Origin: Auanema rhodensis
Taxonomy: Eukaryota; Animalia; Nematoda
Assembly: GCA_964057225.1 (NCBI GenBank)
Contig: CAXKVF010000092.1
Location: forward strand, 1 to 64,000
Length of the DNA: 64,000 nt
Reading direction: 5' to 3'
Of the stretch, positions 1 through 14,900 are shown piece by piece; position 1 is the stretch's first letter, and the number at the start of each line of letters is the position of its first letter. The position numbers were made by a program, and so were the translations under genes. The notes beneath the pieces are model-generated. The model was not told the DNA's origin. It made no database searches and saw nothing but the letters and a program-made list of their open reading frames with translations.

Positions 1-2992
1 TAACTCGCTTCACTTGAAAGATAAAGAGATGCGGTTTTCAAAATTAGATTCCCCATGTCCATGTTAGTCTAAAAACAAATTTTTATTGATATTGGTGCAT
101 GGTAACCATGACTTTGAAATTTACGTGAACTTTAATTTATGCTAATTAAATGTACACGTGATGTGCACTTGGTATGTAACTCGCTTCACGTGAAAGATAA
201 AGAGATGCGGTTTTCAAAATTAGATTCCCCATGTCCATATTAGTCTAAAAACAAATTTTTATTGATATTGGTGCATGGTAACCATGACTTTGAAATTTAC
301 GTGAACTTTAATTTATGCTAATTAAATGTACACGTGATGTGCACTTGGTATGTAACTCGCTTCACGTGAAAGATAACGAGATGCGGTTTTCAAAATTAGA
401 TTCCCCATGTCCATATTAGTCTAAAAACAAATTTTTATTGATATTGGTGCATGGTAACCATGACTTTGAAATTTACGTGAACTTTAATTTATGCTAATTA
501 AATGTACACGTGATGGGCACTTGGTATGTAACTCGCTTCACGTGAAAGATAAAGAGATGCGGTTTTCAAAATTAGATTCCCCATGTCCATATTAGTCTAA
601 AAACAAATTTTTATTGATATTGGTTCATGGTAACCATGACTTTGAAATTTACGTGAACTTTAATTTATGCTAATTAAATGTACACGTGATGTGCACTTGG
701 TATGTAACTCGCTTCACGTGAAAGATAAAGAGATGCGGTTTTCAAAATTAGATTCCCCATGTCCATATTAGTCTAAAAACAAATTTTTATTGATATTGGT
801 TCATGGTAACCATGACTTTGAAATTTACGTGAACTTTAATTTATGCTAATTAAATGTACACGTGATGTGCACTTGGTATGCAACTCGCTTCACGTGAAAG
901 ATAAAGAGATGCGGTTTTCAAAATTAGATTCCCCATGTCCATATTAGTCTAAAAACAAATTTTTATTGATATTGGTGCATGGTAACCATGACTTTGAAAG
1001 TTACGTGAACTTTAATTTATGCTAATTAAATGTACACGTGATGTGCACTTGGTATGTAACTCGCTTCACGTGAAAGATAAAGAGATGCGGTTTTCAAATT
1101 TAGATTCCCCATGTCCATATTAGTCTAAAAACAAATTTTTATTGATATTGGTTCATGGTAACCATGACTTTGAAATTTACGTGAACTTTAATTTATGCTA
1201 ATTAACTGTACACGTGATGTGCACTTGGTATGTAACTCGCTTCACGTGAAAGATAAAGAGATGCGGTTTTCAAAATTAGATTCCCCATGTCCATATTAGT
1301 CTAAAAACAAATTTTTATTGATATTGGTTCATGGTAACCATGACTTTGAAATTTACGTGAACTTTAATTTATGCTAATTAAATGTACACGTGATGTGCAC
1401 TTGGTATGTAACTCGCTTCACTTGAAAGATAAAGAGATGCGGTTTTCAAAATTAGATTCCCCATGTCCATGTTAGTCTAAAAACAAATTTTTATTGATAT
1501 TGGTGCATGGTAACCATGACTTTGAAATTTACGTGAACTTTAATTTATGCTAATTAAATGTACACGTGATGTGCACTTGGTATGTAACTCGCTTCACGTG
1601 AAAGATAAAGAGATGCGGTTTTCAAAATTAGATTCCCCATGTCCATATTAGTCTAAAAACAAATTTTTATTGATATTGGTGCATGGTAACCATGACTTTG
1701 AAATTTACGTGAACTTTAATTTATGCTAATTAAATGTACACGTGATGTGCACTTGGTATGTAACTCGCTTCACGTGAAAGATAACGAGATGAGGTTTTCA
1801 AAATTAGATTCCCCATGTCCATATTAGTCTAAAAACAAATTTTTATTGATATTGGTGCATGGTAACCATGACTTTGAAATTTACGTGAACTTTAATTTAT
1901 GCTAATTAAATGTACACGTGATGGGCACTTGGTATGTAACTCGCTTCACGTGAAAGATAAAGAGATGCGGTTTTCAAAATTAGATTCCCCATGTCCATAT
2001 TAGTCTAAAAACAAATTTTTATTGATATTGGTTCATGGTAACCATGACTTTGAAATTTACGTGAACTTTAATTTATGCTAATTAAATGTACACGTGATGT
2101 GCACTTGGTATGTAACTCGCTTCACGTGAAAGATAAAGAGATGCGGTTTTCAAAATTAGATTCCCCATGTCCATATTAGTCTAAAAACAAATTTTTATTG
2201 ATATTGGTTCATGGTAACCATGACTTTGAAATTTACGTGAACTTTAATTTATGCTAATTAAATGTACACGTGATGTGCACTTGGTATGTAACTCGCTTCA
2301 CGTGAAAGATAAAGAGATGCGGTTTTCAAAATTAGATTCCCCATGTCCATATTAGTCTAAAAACAAATTTTTATTGATATTGGTGCATGGTAACCATGAC
2401 TTTGAAATTTACGTGAACTTTAATTTATGCTAATTAAATGTACACGTGATGTGCACTTGGTATGTAACTCGCTTCACGTGAAAGATAACGAGATGAGGTT
2501 TTCAAAATTAGATTCCCCATGTCCATATTAGTCTAAAAACAAATTTTTATTGATATTGGTGCATGGTAACCATGACTTTGAAATTTACGTGAACTTTAAT
2601 TTATGCTAATTAAATGTACACGTGATGGGCACTTGGTATGTAACTCGCTTCACGTGAAAGATAAAGAGATGCGGTTTTCAAAATTAGATTCCCCATGTCC
2701 ATATTAGTCTAAAAACAAATTTTTATTGATATTGGTTCATGGTAACCATGACTTTGAAATTTACGTGAACTTTAATTTATGCTAATTAAATGTACACGTG
2801 ATGTGCACTTGGTATGTAACTCGCTTCACGTGAAAGATAAAGAGATGCGGTTTTCAAAATTAGATTCCCCATGTCCATATTAGTCTAAAAACAAATTTTT
2901 ATTGATATTGGTTCATGGTAACCATGACTTTGAAATTTACGTGAACTTTAATTTATGCTAATTAAATGTACACGTGATGTGCACTTGGTATG
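1..2992. repeat. Local higher-order repeats: 8-mer (1408-bp offset), then 4-mer (704-bp offset)
   Basis: G14T+A63G monomer at 1 and 1409. A25C+T164G monomer at 353, 1761 and 2465; the last two share C32A and are 704 bp apart. Confidence 0.85.
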
Positions 2993-5900
2993 TAACTCGC
3001 TTCACGTGAAAGATAAAGAGATGCGGTTTTCAAAATTAGATTCCCCATGTCCATATTAGTCTAAAAACAAATTTTTATTGATATTGGTGCATGGTAACCA
3101 TGACTTTGAAATTTACGTGAACTTTAATTTATGCTAATTAAATGTACACGTGATGTGCACTTGGTATGTAACTCGCTTCACGTGAAAGATAAAGAGATGC
3201 GGTTTTCAAAATTAGATTCCCCATGTCCATATTAGTTTAAAAACAAATTTTTATTGATATTGGTGCATGGTAACCATGACTTTGAAATTTACGTGAACTT
3301 TAATTTATGCTAATTAAATGTAGACGTGATGTGCACTTGGTATGTAACTCGCTTCACGTGAAAGATAAAGAGATGCGGTTTTCAAAATTAGATTCCCCAT
3401 GTCCATATTAGTCTAAAAACAAATTTTTATTGATATTGGTTCATGGTAACCATGACTTTGAAATTTACGTGAACTTTAATTTATGCTAATTAAATGTACA
3501 CGTGATGTGCACTTGGTATGTAACTCGCTTCACGTGAAAGATAAAGAGATGCGGTTTTCAAAATTAGATTCCCCATGTCCATATTAGTCTAAAAACAAAT
3601 TTTTATTGATATTGGTGCATGGTAACCATGACTTTGAAAGTTACGTGAACTTTAATTTATGCTAATTAAATGTACACGTGATGTGCACTTGGTATGTAAC
3701 TCGCTTCACGTGAAAGATAAAGAGATGCGGTTTTCAAAATTAGATTCCCCATGTCCATATTAGTCTAAAAACAAATTTTTATTGATATTGGTTCATGGTA
3801 ACCATGACTTTGAAATTTACGTGAACTTTAATTTATGCTAATTAAATGTACACGTGATGTGCACTTGGTATGTAACTCGCTTCACGTGAAAGATAAAGAG
3901 ATGCGGTTTTCAAAATTAGATTTCCCATGTCCATATTAGTCTAAAAACAAATTTTTATTGATATTGGTTCATGGTAACCATGACTTTGAAATTTACGTGA
4001 ACTTTAATTTATGCTAATTAAATGTACACGTGATGTGCACTTGGTATGTAACTCGCTTCACGTGAAAGATAAAGAGATGCGGTTTTCAAAATTAGATTCC
4101 CCATGTCCATATTAGTCTAAAAACAAATTTGTATTGATATTGGTGCATGGTAACCATGACTTTGAAATTTACGTGAACTTTAATTTATGCTAATTAAATG
4201 TACACGTGATGTGCACTTGCTATGTAACTCGCTTCACGTGAAAGATAAAGAGATGCGATTTTCAAAATTAGATTCCCCATGTCCATATTAGTCTAAAAAC
4301 AAATTTTTATTGATATTGGTGCATGGTAACCATGACTTTGAAAGTTACGTGAACTTTAATTTATGCTAATTAAATGTACACGTGATGTGCACTTGGTATG
4401 TAACTCGCTTCACGTGAAAGATAAAGAGATGCGGTTTTCAAAATTAGATTCCCCATGTCCATATTAGTCTAAAAACAAATTTTTATTGATATTGGTTCAT
4501 GGTAACCATGACTTTGAAATTTACGTGAACTTTAATTTATGCTAATTAAATGTACACGTGATGTGCACTTGGTATGTAACTCGCTTCACGTGAAAGATAA
4601 AGAGATGCGGTTTTCAAAATTAGATTCCCCATGTCCATATTAGTCTAAAAACAAATTTTTATTGATATTGGTGCATGGTAACCATGACTTTGAAATTTAC
4701 GTGAACTTTAATTTATGCTAATTAAATGTACACGTGATGTGCACTTGGTATGTAACTCGCTTCACGTGAAAGATGAAGAGATGCGGTTTTCAAAATTAGA
4801 TTCCCCATGTCCATATTAGTCTAAAAACAAATTTTTATTGATATTGGTGCATGGTAACCATGACTTTGAAATTTACGTGAACTTTAATTTATGCTAATTA
4901 AATGTACACGTGATGTGCACTTGGTATGTAACTCGCTTCACGTGAAAGATAAAGAGATGCGGTTTTCAAAATTAGATTCCCCATGTCCATATTAGTCTAA
5001 AAACAAATTTTTATTGATATTGGTGCATGGTAACCATGACTTTGAAATTTACGTGAACTTTAATTTATGCTAATTAAATGTACACGTGATGTGCACTTGG
5101 TATGTAACTCGCTTCACGTGAAAGATGAAGAGATGCGGTTTTCAAAATTAGATTCCCCATGTCCATATTAGTCTAAAAACAAATTTTTATTGATATTGGT
5201 GCATGGTAACCATGACTTTGAAATTTACGTGAACTTTAATTTATGCTAATTAAATGTACACGTGATGTGCACTTGGTATGTAACTCGCTTCACGTGAAAG
5301 ATAAAGAGATGCGGTTTTCAAAATTAGATTCCCCATGTCCATATTAGTCTAAAAACAAATTTTTATTGATATTGGTGCATGGTAACCATGACTTTGAAAT
5401 TTACGTGAACTTTAATTTATGCTAATTAAATGTACACGTGATGTGCACTTGGTATGTAACTCGCTTCACGTGAAAGATAAAGAGATGCGGTTTTCAAAAT
5501 TAGATTCCCCATGTCCATATTAGTCTAAAAACAAATTTTTATTGATATTGGTGCATGGTAACCATGACTTTGAAATTTACGTGAACTTTAATTTATGCTA
5601 ATTAAATGTACACGTGATGTGCACTTGGTATGTAACTCGCTTCACGTGAAAGATAAAGAGATGCGGTTTTCAAAATTAGATTCCCCATGTCCATATTAGT
5701 CTAAAAACAAATTTTTATTGATATTGGTGCATGGTAACCATGACTTTGAAAGTTACGTGAACTTTAATTTATGCTAATTAAATGTACACGTGATGTGCAC
5801 TTGGTATGTAACTCGCTTCACGTGAAAGATAAAGAGATGCGGTTTTCAAAATTAGATTCCCCATGTCCATATTAGTCTAAAAACAAATTTTTATTGATAT

Positions 5901-8900
5901 TGGTTCATGGTAACCATGACTTTGAAATTTACGTGAACTTTAATTTATGCTAATTAAATGTACACGTGATGTGCACTTGGTATGTAACTCGCTTCACGTG
6001 AAAGATAAAGAGATGCGGTTTTCAAAATTAGATTCCCCATGTCCATATTAGTCTAAAAACAAATTTTTATTGATATTGGTGCATGGTAACCATGACTTTG
6101 AAATTTACGTGAACTTTAATTTATGCTAATTAAATGTACACGTGATGTGCACTTGGTATGTAACTCGCTTCACGTGAAAGATAAAGAGATGCGGTTTTCA
6201 AAATTAGATTCCCCATGTCCATATTAGTCTAAAAACAAATTTTTATTGATATTGGTGCATGGTAACCATGACTTTGAAAGTTACGTGAACTTTAATTTAT
6301 GCTAATTAAATGTACACGTGATGTGCACTTGGTATGTAACTCGCTTCACGTGAAAGATAAAGAGATGCGGTTTTCAAAATTAGATTCCCCATGTCCATAT
6401 TAGTCTAAAAACAAATTTTTATTGATATTGGTTCATGGTAACCATGACTTTGAAATTTACGTGAACTTTAATTTATGCTAATTAAATGTACACGTGATGT
6501 GCACTTGGTATGTAACTCGCTTCACGTGAAAGATAAAGAGATACGGTTTTCAAAATTAGATTCCCCATGTCCATATTAGTCTAAAAACAAATTTTTATTG
6601 ATATTGGTTCATGGTAACCATGACTTTGAAATTTACGTGAACTTTAATTTATGCTAATTAAATGTACACGTGATGTGCACTTGGTATGTAACTCGCTTCA
6701 CGTGAAAGATAAAGAGATGCGGTTTTCAAAATTAGATTCCCCATGTCCATATTAGTCTAAAAACAAATTTTTATTGATATTGGTTCATGGTAACCATGAC
6801 TTTGAAATTTACGTGAACTTTAATTTATGCTAATTAAATGTACACGTGATGTGCACTTGGTATGTAACTCGCTTCACGTGAAAGATAAAGAGATGCGGTT
6901 TTCAAAATTAGATTCCCCATGTCCATATTAGTCTAAAAACAAATTTTTATTGATATTGGTGCATGGTAACCATGACTTTGAAAGTTACGTGAACTTTAAT
7001 TTATGCTAATTAAATGTACACGTGATGTGCACTTGGTATGTAACTCGCTTCACGTGAAAGATAAAGAGATGCGGTTTTCAAAATTAGATTCCCCATGTCC
7101 ATATTAGTCTAAAAACAAATTTTTATTGATATTGGTTCATGGTAACCATGACTTTGAAATTTACGTGAACTTTAATTTATGCTAATTAAATGTACACGTG
7201 ATGTGCACTTGGTATGTAACTCGCTTCACGTGAAAGATAAAGAGATGCGGTTTTCAAAATTAGATTCCCCATGTCCATATTAGTCTAAAAACAAATTTTT
7301 ATTGATATTGGTGCATGGTAACCATGACTTTGAAATTTACGTTAACTTTAATTTATGCTAATTAAATGTACACGTGATGTGCACTTGGTATGTAACTCGC
7401 TTCACGTGAAAGATAAAGAGATGCGGTTTTCAAAATTAGATTCCCCATGTCCATATTAGTCTAAAAACAAATTTTTATTGATATTGGTGCATGGTAACCA
7501 TGACTTTGAAAGTTACGTGAACTTTAATTTATGCTAATTAAATGTACACGTGATGTGCACTTGGTATGTAACTCGCTTCACGTGAAAGATAAAGAGATGC
7601 GGTTTTCAAAATTAGATTCCCCATGTCCATATTAGTCTAAAAACAAATTTTTATTGATATTGGTGCATGGTAACCATGACTTTGAAAGTTACGTGAACTT
7701 TAATTTATGCTAATTAAATGTACACGTGATGTGCACTTGGTATGTAACTCGCTTCACGTGAAAGATAAAGAGATGCGGTTTTCAAAATTAGATTCCCCAT
7801 GTCCATATTAGTCTAAAAACAAATTTTTATTGATATTGGTTCATGGTAACCATGACTTTGAAATTTACGTGAACTTTAATTTATGCTAATTAAATGTACA
7901 CGTGATGTGCACTTGGTATGTAACTCGCTTCACGTGAAAGATAAAGAGATGCGGTTTTCAAAATTAGATTCCCCATGTCCATATTAGTCTAAAAACAAAT
8001 TTTTATTGATATTGGTGCATGGTAACCATGACTTTGAAATTTACGTGAACTTTAATTTATGCTAATTAAATGTACACGTGATGTGCACTTGGTATGTAAC
8101 TCGCTTCACGTGAAAGATAAAGAGATGCGGTTTTCAAAATTAGATTCCCCATGTCCATATTAGTCTAAAAACAAATTTTTATTGATATTGGTGCATGGTA
8201 ACCATGACTTTGAAAGTTACGTGAACTTTAATTTATGCTAATTAAATGTACACGTGATGTGCACTTGGTATGTAACTCGCTTCACGTGAAAGATAAAGAG
8301 ATGCGGTTTTCAAAATTAGATTCCCCATGTCCATATTAGTCTAAAAACAAATTTTTATTGATATTGGTGCATGGTAACCATGACTTTGAAAGTTACGTGA
8401 ACTTTAATTTATGCTAATTAAATGTACACGTGATGTGCACTTGGTATGTAACTCGCTTCACGTGAAAGATAAAGAGATGCGGTTTTCAAAATTAGATTCC
8501 CCATGTCCATATTAGTCTAAAAACAAATTTTTATTGATATTGGTTCATGGTAACCATGACTTTGAAATTTACGTGAACTTTAATTTATGCTAATTAAATG
8601 TACACGTGATGTGCACTTGGTATGTAACTCGCTTCACGTGAAAGATAAAGAGATACGGTTTTCAAAATTAGATTCCCCATGTCCATATTAGTCTAAAAAC
8701 AAATTTTTATTGATATTGGTTCATGGTAACCATGACTTTGAAATTTACGTGAACTTTAATTTATGCTAATTAAATGTACACGTGATGTGCACTTGGTATG
8801 TAACTCGCTTCACGTGAAAGATAAAGAGATGCGGTTTTCAAAATTAGATTCCCCATGTCCATATTAGTCTAAAAACAAATTTTTATTGATATTGGTGCAT

Positions 8901-11900
8901 GGTAACCATGACTTTGAAATTTACGTGAACTTTAATTTATGCTAATTAAATGTACACGTGATGTGCACTTGGTATGTAACTCGCTTCACGTGAAAGATAA
9001 AGAGATGCGGTTTTCAAAATTAGATTCCCCATGTCCATATTAGTCTAAAAACAAATTTTTATTGATATTGGTGCATGGTAACCATGACTTTGAAAGTTAC
9101 GTGAACTTTAATTTATGCTAATTAAATGTACACGTGATGTGCACTTGGTATGTAACTCGCTTCACGTGAAAGATAAAGAGATGCGGTTTTCAAAATTAGA
9201 TTCCCCATGTCCATATTAGTCTAAAAACAAATTTTTATTGATATTGGTGCATGGTAACCATGACTTTGAAATTTACGTGAACTTTAATTTATGCTAATTA
9301 AATGTACACGTGATGTGCACTTGGTATGTAACTCGCTTCACGTGAAAGATAAAGAGATGCGGTTTTCAAAATTAGATTCCCCATGTCCATATTAGTCTAA
9401 AAACAAATTTTTATTGATATTGGTGCATGGTAACCATGACTTTGAAATTTACGTGAACTTTAATTTATGCTAATTAAATGTACACGTGATGTGCACTTGG
9501 TATGTAACTCGCTTCACGTGAAAGATAAAGAGATGCGGTTTTCAAAATTAGATTCCCCATGTCCATATTAGTCTAAAAACAAATTTTTATTGATATTGGT
9601 GCATGGTAACCATGACTTTGAAAGTTACGTGAACTTTAATTTATGCTAATTAAATGTACACGTGATGTGCACTTGGTATGTAACTCGCTTCACGTGAAAG
9701 ATAAAGAGATGCGGTTTTCAAAATTAGATTCCCCATGTCCATATTAGTCTAAAAACAAATTTTTATTGATATTGGTGCATGGTAACCATGACTTTGAAAT
9801 TTACGTGAACTTTAATTTATGCTAATTAAATGTACACGTGATGTGCACTTGGTATGTAACTCGCTTCACGTGAAAGATAAAGAGATGCGGTTTTCAAAAT
9901 TAGATTCCCCATGTCCATATTAGTCTAAAAACAAATTTTTATTGATATTGGTGCATGGTAACCATGACTTTGAAATTTACGTGAACTTTAATTTATGCTA
10001 ATTAAATGTACACGTGATGTGCACTTGGTATGTAACTCGCTTCACGTGAAAGATAAAGAGATGCGGTTTTCAAAATTAGATTCCCCATGTCCATATTAGT
10101 CTAAAAACAAATTTTTATTGATATTGGTGCATGGTAACCATGACTTTGAAAGTTACGTGAACTTTAATTTATGCTAATTAAATGTACACGTGATGTGCAC
10201 TTGGTATGTAACTCGCTTCACGTGAAAGATAAAGAGATGCGGTTTTCAAAGTTAGATTCCCCATGTCCATATTAGTCTAAAAACAAATTTTTATTGATAT
10301 TGGTTCATGGTAACCATGACTTTGAAATTTACGTGAACTTTAATTTATGCTAATTAAATGTACACGTGATGTGCACTTGGTATGTAACTCGCTTCACGTG
10401 AAAGATAAAGAGATGCGGTTTTCAAAATTAGATTCCCCATGTCCATATTAGTCTAAAAACAAATTTTTATTGATATTGGTGCATGGTAACCATGACTTTG
10501 AAATTTACGTGAACTTTAATTTATGCTAATTAAATGTACACGTGATGTGCACTTGGTATGTAACTCGCTTCACGTGAAAGATAAAGAGATGCGGTTTTCA
10601 AAATTAGATTCCCCATGTCCATATTAGTCTAAAAACAAATTTTTATTGATATTGGTTCATGGTAACCATGACTTTGAAATTTACGTGAACTTTAATTTAT
10701 GCTAATTAAATGTACACGTGATGTGCACTTGGTATGTAACTCGCTTCACGTGAAAGATAAAGAAATGCGGTTTTCAAAATTAGATCCCCCATGTCCATAT
10801 TAGTCTAAAAACAAATTTTTATTGATATTGGTGCATGGTAACCATGACTTTGAAATTTACGTGAACTTTAATTTATGCTAATTAAATGTACACGTGATGT
10901 GCACTTGGTATGTAACTCGCTTCACGTGAAAGATAAAGAGATGCGGTTTTCAAAATTAGATTCCCCATGTCCATATTAGTCTAAAAACAAATTTTTATTG
11001 ATATTGCTTCATGGTAACCATGACTTTGAAATTTACGTGAACTTTAATTTATGCTAATTAAATGTACACGTGATGTGCACTTGGTATGTAACTCGCTTCA
11101 CTTGAAAGATAAAGAGATGCGGTTTTCAAAATTAGATTCCCCATGTCCATATTAGTCTAAAAACAAATTTTTATTGATATTGGTGCATGGTAACCATGAC
11201 TTTGAAAGTTACGTGAACTTTAATTTATGCTAATTAAATGTACACGTGATGTGCACTTGGTATGTAACTCGCTTCACGTGAAAGATAAAGAGATGCGGTT
11301 TTCAAAATTAGATTCCCCATGTCCATATTAGTCTAAAAACAAATTTTTATTGATATTGGTTCATGGTAACCATGACTTTGAAATTTACGTGAACTTTAAT
11401 TTATGCTAATTAAATGTACACGTGATGTGCACTTGGTATGTAACTCGCTTCACGTGAAAGATAAAGAGATGCGGTTTTCAAAATTAGATTCCCCATGTCC
11501 ATATTAGTCTAAAAACAAATTTTTATTGATATTGGTGCATGGTAACCATGACTTTGAAATTTACGTGAACTTTAATTTATGCTAATTAAATATACACGTG
11601 ATGTGCACTTGGTATGTAACTCGCTTCACGTGAAAGATAAAGAGATGCGGTTTTCAAAATCAGATTCCCCATGTCCATATTAGTCTAAAAACAAATTTTT
11701 ATTGATATTGGTGCATGGTAACCATGACTTTGAAAGTTACGTGAACTTTAATTTATGCTAATTAAATGTACACGTGATGTGCACTTGGTATGTAACTCGC
11801 TTCACGTGAAAGATGAAGAGATGCGGTTTTCAAAATTAGATTCCCCATGTCCATATTAGTCTAAAAACAAATTTTTATTGATATTGGTGCATGGTAACCA

Positions 11901-14900
11901 TGACTTGGAAATTTACGTGAACTTTAATTTATGCTAATTAAATGTACACGTGATGTGCACTTGGTATGTAACTCGCTTCACGTGAAAGATAAAGAGATGC
12001 GGTTTTCAAAATTAGATTCCCCATGTCCATATTAGTCTAAAAACAAATTTTTATTGATATTGGTGCATGGTAACCATGACTTTGAAATTTACGTGAACTT
12101 TAATTTATGCTAATTAAATGTACACGTGATGTGCACTTGGTATGTAACTCGCTTCACGTGAAAGATAAAGAGATGCGGTTTTCAAAATTAGATTCCCCAT
12201 GTCCATATTAGTCTAAAAACAAATTTTTATTGATATTGGTTCATGGTAACCATGACTTTGAAATTTACGTGAACTTTAATTTATGCTAATTAAATGTACA
12301 CGTGATGTGCACTTGGTATGTAACTCGCTTCACGTGAAAGATAAAGAGATGCGGTTTTCAAAATTAGATTCCCCATGTCCATATTAGTCTAAAAACAAAT
12401 TTTTATTGATATTGGTGCATGGTAACCATGACTTTGAAATTTACGTGAACTTTAATTTATGCTAATTAAATGTACACGTGATGTGCACTTGGTATGTAAC
12501 TCGCTTCACGTGAAAGATAAAGAGATGCGGTTTTCAAAATTAGATTCCCCATGTCCATATTAGTCTAAAAACAAATTTTTATTGATATTGGTGCATGGTA
12601 ACCATGACTTTGAAATTTACGTGAACTTTAATTTATGCTAATTAAATGTACACGTGATGTGCACTTGGTATGTAACTCGCTTCACGTGAAAGATAAAGAG
12701 ATGCGGTTTTCAAAATTAGATTCCCCATGTCCATATTAGTCTAAAAACAAATTTTTATTGATATTGGTTCATGGTAACCATGACTTTGAAATTTACGTGA
12801 ACTTTAATTTATGCTAATTAAATGTACACGTGATGTGCACTTGGTATGTAACTCGCTTCACGTGAAAGATAAAGAAATGCGGTTTTCAAAATTAGATCCC
12901 CCATGTCCATATTAGTCTAAAAACAAATTTTTATTGATATTGGTGCATGGTAACCATGACTTTGAAATTTACGTGAACTTTAATTTATGCTAATTAAATG
13001 TACACGTGATGTGCACTTGGTATGTAACTCGCTTCACGTGAAAAATAAAGAGATGCGGTTTTCAAAATTAGATTCCCCATGTCCATATTAGTCTAAAAAC
13101 AAATTTTTATTGATATTGGTTCATGGTAACCATGACTTTGAAATTTACGTGAACTTTAATTTATGCTAATTAAATGTACACGTGATGTGCACTTGGTATG
13201 TAACTCGCTTCACGTGAAAGATAAAGAAATGCGGTTTTCAAAATTAGATCCCCCATGTCCATATTAGTCTAAAAACAAATTTTTATTGATATTGGTGCAT
13301 GGTAACCATGACTTTGAAATTTACGTGAACTTTAATTTATGCTAATTAAATGTACACGTGATGTGCACTTGGTATGTAACTTGCTTCACGTGAAAGATAA
13401 AGAGATGCGGTTTTCAAAATTAGATTCCCCATGTCCATATTAGTCTAAAAACAAATTTTTATTGATATTGCTTCATGGTAACCATGACTTTGAAATTTAC
13501 GTGAACTTTAATTTATGCTAATTAAATGTACACGTGATGTGCACTTGGTATGTAACTCGCTTCACGTGAAAGATAAAGAGATGCGGTTTTCAAAATTAGA
13601 TTTCCCATGTCCATATTAGTCTAAAAATAAATTTTTATTGATATTGGTGCATGGTAACCATGACTTTGAAAGTTACGTGAACTTTAATTTATGCTAATTA
13701 AATGTACACGTGATGTGCACTTGGTATGTAACTCGCTTCACGTGAAAGATAAAGAGATGCGGTTTTCAAAATTGGATTCCCCATGTCCATATTAGTCTAA
13801 AAACAAATTTTTATTGATATTGGTTCATGGTAACCATGACTTTGAAATTTACGTGAACTTTAATTTATGCTAATTAAATGTACACGTGATGTGCACTTGG
13901 TATGTAACTCGCTTCACGTGAAAGATAAAGAGATGCGGTTTTCAAAATTAGATTCCCCATGTCCATATTAGTCTAAAAACAAATTTTTATTGATATTGGT
14001 GCATGGTAACCATGACTTTGAAATTTACGTGAACTTTAATTTATGCTAATTAAATGTACACGTGATGTGCACTTGGTATGTAACTCGCTTCACGTGAAAG
14101 ATAAAGAGATGCGGTTTCCAAAATTAGATTCCCCATGTCCATATTAGTCTAAAAACAAATTTTTATTGATATTGGTGCATGGTAACCATGACTTTGAAAG
14201 TTACGTGAACTTTAATTTATGCTAATTAAATGTACACGTGATGTGCACTTGGTATGTAACTCGCTTCACGTGAAAGATAAAGAGATGCGGTTTTCAAAGT
14301 TAGATTCCCCATGTCCATATTAGTCTAAAAACAAATTTTTATTGATATTGGTTCATGGTAACCATGACTTTGAAATTTACGTGAACTTTAATTTATGCTA
14401 ATTAAATGTACACGTGATGTGCACTTGGTATGTAACTCGCTTCACGTGAAAGATAAAGAGATGCGGTTTTCAAAGTTAGATTCCCCATGTCCATATTAGT
14501 CTAAAAACAAATTTTTATTGATATTGGTTCATGGTAACCATGACTTTGAAATTTACGTGAACTTTAATTTATGCTAATTAAATGTACACGTGATGTGCAC
14601 TTGGTATGTAACTCGCTTCACGTGAAAGATAAAGAGATGCGGTTTCCAAAATTAGATTCCCCATGTCCATATTAGTCTAAAAACAAATTTTTATTGATAT
14701 TGGTGCATGGTAACCATGACTTTGAAAGTTACGTGAACTTTAATTTATGCTAATTAAATGTACACGTGATGTGCACTTGGTATGTAACTCGCTTCACGTG
14801 AAAGATAAAGAGATGCGGTTTTCAAAGTTAGATTCCCCATGTCCATATTAGTCTAAAAACAAATTTTTATTGATATTGGTTCATGGTAACCATGACTTTG

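Noticed and set aside
1-176. Identity with known ~176-178-bp satellites (Brassica CentBr, Arabidopsis CEN178, honeybee AluI repeat) or with 5S rDNA/tRNA arrays
   Set aside because: Only the length is similar. There is no AAGCTT or AGCT site in the monomer, no resemblance to the sequences I recall, and no 5S or tRNA structure. A BLAST search is needed for a real assignment.
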